NCBI GenBank assembly: GCA_047946875.1
Contig: CP181398.1
Coordinates: 1,064,409-1,128,408, forward strand
Reading direction: 5' to 3'
Source of the DNA: Candidatus Kerfeldbacteria bacterium
Lineage (GTDB): Bacteria > Patescibacteriota > Patescibacteriia > UBA10025 > JAHIVO01
Length of the DNA stretch: 64,000 bases
The notes beneath the pieces are model-generated. The model did not search any database. It was given only the letters and a program-made list of their open reading frames with translations, and was not told the DNA's origin. Positions 57,337 through 64,000 of this stretch are shown here, one piece after another (the first letter of the stretch is position 1; each line of letters opens with the position of its first letter). The translations under genes were made by a program, and so were the position numbers.

Positions 57337-57375
57337 CTATGGGTTTAAAAAAATATTAACTTAAATTACATGATT

Positions 57376-57420
57376 AGTCAACCCCGCCCTGCTTAATGGG
57401 AGTGAGGTTAGCAGGCGGGG
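57376..57420. other. Isolated GC-rich stem-loop flanked by TCAACC direct repeats in the AT-rich hsp20 upstream region
   Basis: CCCCGCCCTGCT-16nt-AGCAGGCGGGG (11 bp, one bulge). GTCAACC lies immediately on both sides. Confidence 0.4.
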
Positions 57421-57491
57421 TCAACCATATTGTTTAAAAGCTATATTTATACTATAATAATTATACAAATAAATTTTATAAAAATATAATC

Positions 57492-57941
57492 ATGAGTAAA
57501 CAAATATCAACAAAAAATTCAAAAACAATCAGCAATAACTCAACAATAGACAAAGAAATTGATTTAAATAATCCTCAAAATGAGGAATGGATGGATGATG
57601 ATGATTTTTCTGGTCAGTTGGCAGTAGACGTTTATCAGACAAAAGATGACATAATAATTAAATCTACTATTGCTGGGGTAAGGACAGAAGATATTGATAT
57701 TGCAATTAATAATGATATGATCACTATTCGTGGGAAAAGAGAAAAAGAACACGAAATTATTGAAGATAATTATTTCTATCGGGAATGTTATTGGGGAGGT
57801 TTTTCCAGATCAATAATTCTTCCGGTGGATGTGAAATCTGACAAAGTAAAGGCAAATATGAAAAATGGTGTTCTTACAATATCTTTGCCTAAGGCAGATA
57901 AAGTTAACAAAGTGACTGTAGTCAAGGTTAAAGAGGAATAA
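57492..57941 (+). CDS. Hsp20/alpha-crystallin small heat-shock protein
   Basis: Alpha-crystallin domain …LAVDVYQTKDDIIIKSTIAGV…GVLTISLPKA. Confidence 0.9.
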   Translation: MSKQISTKNSKTISNNSTIDKEIDLNNPQNEEWMDDDDFSGQLAVDVYQTKDDIIIKSTIAGVRTEDIDIAINNDMITIRGKREKEHEIIEDNYFYRECYWGGFSRSIILPVDVKSDKVKANMKNGVLTISLPKADKVNKVTVVKVKEE

Positions 57942-57946
57942 TAAAT

Positions 57947-58180
57947 ATGTTTGAAGACGGGATGAGCTATGATCTCAACGTTACTATAAAAAAGTTTGAG
58001 GGGATTTTTGCATTGATTGAAACAGAAGATAATCAATTATTAAAATGGCCAATCAAAAATCTTCCCGACGATGTTAAAGAAGGCGCAAGTTTACGATTGG
58101 CAGTCTCTACTGAAAAAACTGATGAGGAGTCAAGAGAAAAATTAGCAAGAACAGTATTAAATAGTATTTTAGCAGGTTAA
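57947..58180 (+). CDS. Hypothetical small protein, co-oriented with the VanW gene
   Basis: ORF only. Confidence 0.4.
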   Translation: MFEDGMSYDLNVTIKKFEGIFALIETEDNQLLKWPIKNLPDDVKEGASLRLAVSTEKTDEESREKLARTVLNSILAG

Positions 58181-58184
58181 ATAA

Positions 58185-60050
58185 ATGTTTGGAAATAAAA
58201 AATCTGAAAAAAAATCTGAAAAAAAAGCAGATTCAGTTTGGAATAAAAAGTTGATAATTACTAATCAGGCTCCAGCTTGGGTTATAATCTTATTATTTTT
58301 TTTAATATTAGCTGGATTAGCTATTATAAGTTTTGTATTTTTATTTGATAGTAAATATCAAGAGAAGGTATATCCAGGTACTACTGTAGCCGGGATTAAT
58401 GCCGGTGGATTTACTTATGAACAGTTGAGAGAAAAACTGGAAGTTGCGACAAACGATGTACGTGATCAAGGACTAAATTTTATATATGATGGTCAGCAAT
58501 TTACAATAAAATCTAGTGTTGGTGATTTGGCAAATCCAGAATTGAGTACAGAATTGTTTTCATATGATATTGAGAAGACAATTACAGAATTAATTAAAAT
58601 AAATAACAGAAGAAGCGAGGCAGAGAAAATTTATTATTGGTTGACTGGTTGGGAGGTTACTCCGATTATAACAATAGATCAAGAAAAGTTGGTTGAAGTA
58701 TTATCAGAGGAATTATCACAGTATGAACAACCGGCTGTGGAAGCTGCTTTAAGAATAAGTGAGGATTATGAATTAACAATAAGCTCTGAAAAAGGTGGAC
58801 AAGCATTTAATTATGAAAAGATAATTACCGAGGTGTATGGGAGCTTAATGAATTTATTGGAAGCTCCTGTTGTTGTAATATTAGAAAATGACCAACCAGA
58901 AATTACTAAAACAGACGCTGAAGCAGCTCTAGGATTAGTTAATCAAGCTCTGTCTTCTACCCCATACACATTAGTTTACGATGAGATGTCTTGGGAGGTA
59001 GATAAAGCACTACTCCGAGAGTGGCTACAGTTTGCTATAGCTGATGGTGAGGTTAGTATTGGTTTACACAAAGAAAAGTTAACAGAATATTTAGAGGCAG
59101 TAGCTAATGAAATTGATGTAGAAGTAAAAGAAGCAAAATTTCAAATGGAGAATGGTAAAGTTTTAGAATTCCAACCATCACAAAACGGAAGAGTGATGCA
59201 GGTAGATGATAGTGCGGAATTATTTAATCAAAAAATTAGACAAATAGGAGTAAGTCAAATTGATTTAATAGTTTTAGAAGAAGAACCATCTACTAAAACA
59301 AGCGAACTTAATGATATGGGAATTGTAGAGTTAATCGGAGAAGGAAGATCAAATTTCTCAGGTAGTCCTGCTAATCGTCGTCACAATATAGCAATAGGTG
59401 CAGATTCTGTAAACGGTACTTTGATAGCACCAGGTGAGACTTTTTCTCTTGTAAAAACCTTAGGAAATATTGATAAGGCAGGAGGATATTTACCAGAATT
59501 AGTAATTAAGGGTAATCAAACAATTCCAGAATATGGTGGCGGGCTATGTCAGGTTGGCACAACTACCTTTCGATCAGTATTAAATGCTGGACTTAATATT
59601 ACAGAACGAAAAAATCATTCTTATAGAGTTTCTTATTATGAGCCGGCAGGGACAGATGCGACGATTTACGATCCAGCCCCTGATTTTAAATTTGTTAATG
59701 ACACAGAAAATCATGTTCTTTTTAATACAGAAATTGACGGTAGTGAATTGATATTTAGAATTTATGGAACAAAAGATGGTCGTAAGGTAGAACAGACTTA
59801 TCCAAGGATATATAATATCGTAAAGCCGGGTCCAACTAAGCTGATCGAAACTACGGACTTGGCACCAGGTGTAAAGAAGTGTACAGAAAGTGCTCACGCT
59901 GGGGCCGATGCAGAGTTTACACACAGTATTACTTATGCTTCAGGTGAAACAAAAGTAGATGTTTATCGTAGTCATTACAAGCCATGGCAAGCAGTTTGTT
60001 TGATCGGGGTCGAGGAAAAAGTTGAAGAACCAGAAACTACAGAAGAATAA
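58185..60050 (+). CDS. VanW-family protein with N-terminal TM helix and putative peptidoglycan-binding domain
   Basis: PEYGGGLCQVGTTTFRSVLNAGL…HSYRVSYYEPAGTDATIY…FKFVNDT matches the VanW core (GGG.CQ.S.T…H…G.DAt…f.Ndt). Confidence 0.75.
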   Translation: MFGNKKSEKKSEKKADSVWNKKLIITNQAPAWVIILLFFLILAGLAIISFVFLFDSKYQEKVYPGTTVAGINAGGFTYEQLREKLEVATNDVRDQGLNFIYDGQQFTIKSSVGDLANPELSTELFSYDIEKTITELIKINNRRSEAEKIYYWLTGWEVTPIITIDQEKLVEVLSEELSQYEQPAVEAALRISEDYELTISSEKGGQAFNYEKIITEVYGSLMNLLEAPVVVILENDQPEITKTDAEAALGLVNQALSSTPYTLVYDEMSWEVDKALLREWLQFAIADGEVSIGLHKEKLTEYLEAVANEIDVEVKEAKFQMENGKVLEFQPSQNGRVMQVDDSAELFNQKIRQIGVSQIDLIVLEEEPSTKTSELNDMGIVELIGEGRSNFSGSPANRRHNIAIGADSVNGTLIAPGETFSLVKTLGNIDKAGGYLPELVIKGNQTIPEYGGGLCQVGTTTFRSVLNAGLNITERKNHSYRVSYYEPAGTDATIYDPAPDFKFVNDTENHVLFNTEIDGSELIFRIYGTKDGRKVEQTYPRIYNIVKPGPTKLIETTDLAPGVKKCTESAHAGADAEFTHSITYASGETKVDVYRSHYKPWQAVCLIGVEEKVEEPETTEE

Positions 60051-60059
60051 TTTTTTTCA

Positions 60060-60105
60060 AAAAGAAAACCCGAGTCACATCCTATGTGAATCGGGTTATT
60101 ATTTG
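60060..60105. terminator. Bidirectional hairpin between convergent VanW and 60184..60807
   Basis: AACCCGAGTCACAT-CCT-ATGTGAATCGGGTT (14 bp, one mismatch). A-rich before it and T-rich after. Confidence 0.6.
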
Positions 60106-60183
60106 ATTGTATATTTATGTAGTAGGTACATGATTCCCTCCAATCGATTTGATTATTGAAGGGAGAAGACGAGGGGGGTACAA

Positions 60184-60807
60184 CTATGAACCGTTTGCAG
60201 TTTTGTCACTCCCGCTTTCATTAAATATGTTACTCCACCAAGGCTCTTCTTCTGTCGAGATTGGTCGTTCTTTGAGTTTTGTAAAAAGTCTCTGATCAAG
60301 TCCGGTGATCGCTACGGTTACAATCTGACCAGATTCCAAACTAGTAGCATCGTTAATTTGCCAGGGATCCCAGTGGGTTGTTTTGGTATGTTCCCATTTG
60401 TTTATAATCATGGGATCTTCCATAACACTAGTTGGGGTTAGGGAGATATTGTATCCTCCTAAAATTGGATCGAGATCTCCAGTAATTTGGTAATCACCGG
60501 ATGATAGGACATGTGTTCCTTGGTCTGAAGTATCAGCAATATCACCTTCTTGATAATTGCCAGTAATATTCATACCAAAACTGAAGAAAAACAGCATGAG
60601 GAATGGTGCTATTGTTCTAACTGGCTTGCCGAGGTACTTATGTGCACCAAATTTGCGAATCGAAAATGCAAGGGCAATACTAAGCAGCATTACTATTACA
60701 AAGAGGATTGTTAGTGGGACACTAGTACTTGTGAAAAGGCTCATAAATGGGTCATAGAGAATTGTTTTGACACCATCTGCAAACCATTTCAATAGATATT
60801 CAAGCAT
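60184..60807 (-). CDS. Hypothetical membrane protein (two N-terminal TM helices plus ~130-aa extracytoplasmic domain); island gene
   Basis: Ribosome-binding site AAGGAGAT 6 nt before the ATG. GC by eye above 40%. Confidence 0.5.
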   Translation of the reverse strand: MLEYLLKWFADGVKTILYDPFMSLFTSTSVPLTILFVIVMLLSIALAFSIRKFGAHKYLGKPVRTIAPFLMLFFFSFGMNITGNYQEGDIADTSDQGTHVLSSGDYQITGDLDPILGGYNISLTPTSVMEDPMIINKWEHTKTTHWDPWQINDATSLESGQIVTVAITGLDQRLFTKLKERPISTEEEPWWSNIFNESGSDKTANGS

Positions 60808-60858
60808 AATTATCTCCTTGAAACTTATTAAATTACTTCCTTGTCTTGTTTTGGATTG

Positions 60859-61041
60859 TTAATCCAAACTATCTGGCGGTAAAGATGATCGTCCGCAATC
60901 ACCACCGATATCATCACGCTGATGATCTTCGAGGCGATAATTTGCTGCCTCATTGTCATCTCTGTATCCAGCATCACCTGGGTTGGTAGCCTTAATGACT
61001 TTGATGTTGAATCCGTTACAGACTGGACAATGTCCTGTCAT
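60859..61041 (-). CDS. 60-aa Cys-containing (CPVC) acidic small protein, first gene of a two-gene operon
   Basis: MTGHCPVCNGFNIKV…. Ribosome-binding site AAGGAGGT 5 nt before the ATG. Confidence 0.45.
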   Translation of the reverse strand: MTGHCPVCNGFNIKVIKATNPGDAGYRDDNEAANYRLEDHQRDDIGGDCGRSSLPPDSLD

Positions 61042-61395
61042 TGTTATACCTCCTTAGTGTATTTTAATATGTTAATGATACTATCTATATATACAAACAA
61101 CCGGCAACCAATTAATATAAGTTAATGCTCACTAATCTGCAGTCAAGAAGGTTGTTATAAGGGAAAATTAAGAATAAATCCCCAATAATCCTTAAATCAA
61201 ACTCCATGCTTGTCGTGACTGCAGGTTAGTAAACACCACTTGTTTAACTAATAAGCTTCCGGCTGTAAATAAACGAAAAATGTGATATTTAAAGGTCTAA
61301 AATTAATAACAGTCAATATTAACACAAGCTTTTCATCTTGTCAAGGGCGGTTTTAAATGATAAGATCTTAGTATTAATAATATAATTAAATATTT

Positions 61396-62424
61396 ATGAT
61401 GACTATAAAACAAATATTTGACCTTGCCATTAATCTTGGCATAAAGAATGATCTGAGAGGGGCGGATATTGTACAAAAAAGATTAAAGAGAGAAAATGAT
61501 TTATATAAAAAGTTGTCAGAAAAAGAAAAAAAAGATTTTGATAAAGAAAAATTAGTAAATCCTTTTTCTGATTCAAGGTTGTTTACAGAAAATCCAAGTA
61601 AGCCGGTTAGACGCATTTTAACTGGTATTGATATTGGCACAGAGGAATTATTATTGGCTAAAGAGTTGGGTAAAGAAAAATCAATTGATTTAGTTTTGGC
61701 ACATCACCCTATCGGACCAGCTTTAGCTGGATTACATGAGGTTATGCATTTGCAAGCAGAAGTGATGGCACAATATGGAGTACCAATAAATGTTGCCGAA
61801 AGTCTTACCAAAGTAAGAATCGAAGAAGTTGGTAGATCAGTCTCTAGTTCTAACCATAATCGTGTTTTAGATGCAGCTAAACTGCTTGGTTTTGATATGA
61901 TGTGTACTCATACTGCTGCAGATAATATGGTAGCTACTTTTATTTTGAAGTTAGTTAAAAAGAATGAGAAAAATATTGAGCGAGTAGGTGATCTGATGGA
62001 TTTATTAAGGAAAATTCCTGAGTATCAACAAGCAACTAAATTAAAAGCAGGCCCAACTTTGTTCGCAGGTTCTGAAGATAATTTTGCTGGTAAGGTAGCA
62101 GTAACAGAAGTAACTGGTGGTACGGAAGGATCAAAACATATGTATGAGAAGTTAGCTCAAGCTGGAGTCGGTACAATTATTGGGATGCACCTTCATGAGG
62201 AGCATAAGAAAGAAGCTGAAAAACATCATCTCAATGTTGTTATCGCTGGACATATGTCATCTGATTCAATCGGAATGAATTTATTGTTGGATGAGTTTGA
62301 AAAAAGAGGTGTAGAGATAGTTCCTTGTTCTGGTTTGATTAGAGTAAAAAGATTTAAAAAAATACGTAAGCCGGTTGCAAAAAAAGAAGTCAAAAAACTT
62401 AAACCAAAAAAGAAGAAAAAATAA
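61396..62424 (+). CDS. Nif3/YqfO-family dinuclear-metal-centre protein with Lys-rich C-terminal tail
   Basis: …SIDLVLAHHPIGP… and …VVIAGHMSSDSIGMNLL…. Tail KKEVKKLKPKKKKK. Confidence 0.55.
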   Translation: MMTIKQIFDLAINLGIKNDLRGADIVQKRLKRENDLYKKLSEKEKKDFDKEKLVNPFSDSRLFTENPSKPVRRILTGIDIGTEELLLAKELGKEKSIDLVLAHHPIGPALAGLHEVMHLQAEVMAQYGVPINVAESLTKVRIEEVGRSVSSSNHNRVLDAAKLLGFDMMCTHTAADNMVATFILKLVKKNEKNIERVGDLMDLLRKIPEYQQATKLKAGPTLFAGSEDNFAGKVAVTEVTGGTEGSKHMYEKLAQAGVGTIIGMHLHEEHKKEAEKHHLNVVIAGHMSSDSIGMNLLLDEFEKRGVEIVPCSGLIRVKRFKKIRKPVAKKEVKKLKPKKKKK

Positions 62425-62440
62425 ACTACAATATAAATAA

Positions 62441-63460
62441 ATGACAGATCGAGTATTAAATAGTGAAGAGAAGGATGAGGATAGAGTTTTTGACAATACT
62501 TTAAGACCAAAAGGCATTAAGGAATTTATTGGACAGGATAAAGTAAAAGATAATCTTAATATTTTTATTGCAGCGGCAAAACAACGCAGTGAACCATTGG
62601 ATCACGTATTGTTACATGGACCACCAGGAATCGGCAAAACAACTTTGGCGCATATTGTTGGTGGAGAAATGGGATCAAGTGTTCGCGTTACATCTGGACC
62701 AGCTATAGAGAAGGCTGGTGATTTGGGAGCTATCCTTACTAATTTAGAAGATGGGGATATTTTATTTATTGATGAAATACATAGATTAAACAGAGTTATA
62801 GAGGAAGTACTTTATTCTGCTATGGAAGATTACGTTTTAGATATCGTTGTTGGTAAGGGACCTTCGGCCAGGACCTTAAGACTAGATTTACCAAAATTTA
62901 CTTTAGTTGGTGCTACGACCAAGGTTCATTTATTGTCTCCCCCTCTTCGTGATAGGTTTGGTAATGTTTTTAGATTGGACTTTTATAATGTAGATGATAT
63001 TGAGAAAATTATTAGTCGTTCAGCAGATATTTTAAACGTTGATATTCATCAAGAAGCTTTGCCAGAAATTGCCAAACGTTCTAGAAGAACCCCTAGGGTA
63101 GCAAATAGATTGTTAAAAAGAGTAAGAGATTATGCTCAGGTAAAAGCTGATGGAGCAATCATACCTAAGGTTGCTGTTGATGCTTTATCATCTTTAGATA
63201 TTGATCATTCTGGTTTGGATGAGATAGATCGTAAAATATTAACTACAATTATTGATAAATTTGGTGGTGGCCCCGTTGGCCTTAATACTATTGCAGCAGT
63301 TATTGCTGAAGATCAATCTACTATGGAAGATGTTTACGAACCATATTTGATGCAGTTAGGCTTATTAGCTCGTACTTCACGTGGTCGGGTAGTTACTGCT
63401 GATGGGTATAAACATATTGGTAGAGATATACCAGATGATTTACAGCAGAAATTAGTGTAA
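62441..63460 (+). CDS. ruvB: Holliday junction branch-migration helicase RuvB
   Basis: [19 protein letters not shown]…[25 protein letters not shown], sensor and arginine finger regions. Full length. Confidence 0.95.
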   Translation: MTDRVLNSEEKDEDRVFDNTLRPKGIKEFIGQDKVKDNLNIFIAAAKQRSEPLDHVLLHGPPGIGKTTLAHIVGGEMGSSVRVTSGPAIEKAGDLGAILTNLEDGDILFIDEIHRLNRVIEEVLYSAMEDYVLDIVVGKGPSARTLRLDLPKFTLVGATTKVHLLSPPLRDRFGNVFRLDFYNVDDIEKIISRSADILNVDIHQEALPEIAKRSRRTPRVANRLLKRVRDYAQVKADGAIIPKVAVDALSSLDIDHSGLDEIDRKILTTIIDKFGGGPVGLNTIAAVIAEDQSTMEDVYEPYLMQLGLLARTSRGRVVTADGYKHIGRDIPDDLQQKLV

Positions 63461-63562
63461 AAATAATTTAATAGTTGTTTCTTGCTCTATTGCGCCTTTT
63501 AGGCTAAGATAGTTTATTAGTGATCTTTGAAAATAATCTAACAATGAATAAAGAGGTGTATA

Positions 63563-64000
63563 ATGGTCATATTATTAAGGATGTTTAAGTGGCCATATGA
63601 ATCGGTCGCAAAAAAATTGCCTAGTTTTTTAACCAGGATATTAATGCTGGATAAACTAACATGGCTTTCACCAGATACCTGGTGTTATATAAGAGTTTTT
63701 TTAGCGTTAGTTATAATACTGGCCATAAAAGAACAGGTTAACCTATATATTATAGTGAGTTTGTATTGGGTGGCTGTCTTCACAGATTTTATTGATGGAG
63801 CCCATGCACGTGCAACAAACCAAGTTTCTGAGTTTGGTGCAAAGCTGGATCCTATTGCTGATAAATTTTTTATTGGCATTATCTTGCTATTTTATGGCAT
63901 GGACCTAATCGGTGGACAAATCGTAGCAATGTTTTTATTGGTTGAGGGGATGTTATTGTTTACATCTATTTTTCTTAAACCATTTTTAAAACAAAGGTAT
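63563..64000 (+). CDS. CDP-alcohol phosphatidyltransferase (PgsA-like), 5' partial; runs off the window end
   Basis: DFIDGAHARATNQVSEFGAKLDPIADK matches D(x2)DG(x2)AR…G(x3)D(x3)D. ATG 63563 after AAAGAGGTG. The frame is open to base 64000. Confidence 0.7.
   Translation, partial: MVILLRMFKWPYESVAKKLPSFLTRILMLDKLTWLSPDTWCYIRVFLALVIILAIKEQVNLYIIVSLYWVAVFTDFIDGAHARATNQVSEFGAKLDPIADKFFIGIILLFYGMDLIGGQIVAMFLLVEGMLLFTSIFLKPFLKQRY

Noticed and set aside
57376-57420. Possible CIRCE heat-shock operator upstream of hsp20 (GGAGTG…TTAGCA present)
   Set aside because: The half-sites are in the wrong order and spacing for TTAGCACTC-N9-GAGTGCTAA. The resemblance is partial.
58197-58225. Tandem AAATCTGAAAAAAAA repeat
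   Set aside because: It simply encodes KSEKKSEKK at the N-terminus of the VanW protein. This is trivial low-complexity sequence.
61138-61223. 9-bp inverted repeat CTGCAGTCA…TGACTGCAG, 68 bp apart, in a divergent promoter region
   Set aside because: The arms are short and the spacer long. It could be an operator, but the evidence is insufficient and it may be chance.
63685-63879. Minus-strand 64-aa ORF
   Set aside because: Antisense to the CDP-alcohol phosphatidyltransferase reading frame, which carries the diagnostic DG..AR…D…D motif.
1-64000. CRISPR arrays, rRNA genes, RNase P RNA, tmRNA
   Set aside because: I saw no periodic repeat-spacer pattern and no extended GC-rich structured RNA stretches. 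Only a single tRNA was found.

Overview
This is a 64-kb window of a compact, AT-rich bacterial chromosome, about 30% GC by eye rather than by computation. Most genes have no Shine-Dalgarno sequence, and the gene content is consistent with a reduced Patescibacteria/CPR-like genome, though that taxon is an inference. The window spans the replication-origin neighbourhood: rpmH-rnpA-yidD-yidC on the + strand diverges from dnaA-dnaN on the - strand, with DnaA-box-like motifs in both intergenic spacers. The ORF track missed rpmH. Housekeeping genes that I recognise from classic motifs are tyrS, valS, tsaE, tsaD, ruvB, ruvC, yebC, a class A PBP, a ROK glucokinase, Hsp20, an M23 peptidase, a VanW-family protein, a PilB/GspE ATPase and a tRNA-Glu(UUC). 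There are two large accessory blocks. (1) A ~17.7-kb surface-glycosylation locus at 1323..18997 combines Arn-like chemistry (DegT aminotransferase, formyltransferase, FemAB-like acyltransferase, GT2 polyprenyl-phosphate sugar synthase, GT4, two methyltransferases, a flippase-like protein) with at least six different GT-C-type polytopic membrane transferases. It lies immediately downstream of two tandem VirB2/TrbC-like pilin paralogs driven by a consensus TTGACA-17-TATAAT promoter. (2) An alpha-glucan locus at 21491..29929 has two GlgA copies, tandem GH57 genes (one fused to a UVR motif), a kinase-fold protein with substituted catalytic residues, a PHP phosphoesterase and a GalT-family transferase. 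Superimposed on these are several small islands. Their GC is higher by eye than their surroundings and, unlike the native genes, they carry strong AAGGAGG-type ribosome-binding sites: an OMP-like beta-barrel gene, a YadA-head-like repeat protein, a promoter-rich two-gene cassette between the PBP gene and dnaN, and a Zn-ribbon/membrane-protein pair. The most striking structural feature is a perfect ~250-bp direct repeat that duplicates the 3' end of tsaD. It brackets a 1.26-kb insert encoding one AT-rich protein with a C-terminal two-helix membrane module and no recombinase. Next to it, a small GIY-YIG nuclease gene flanked by ~20-bp direct repeats that copy the 5' end of tRNA-Glu. No rRNA genes or CRISPR arrays were seen.
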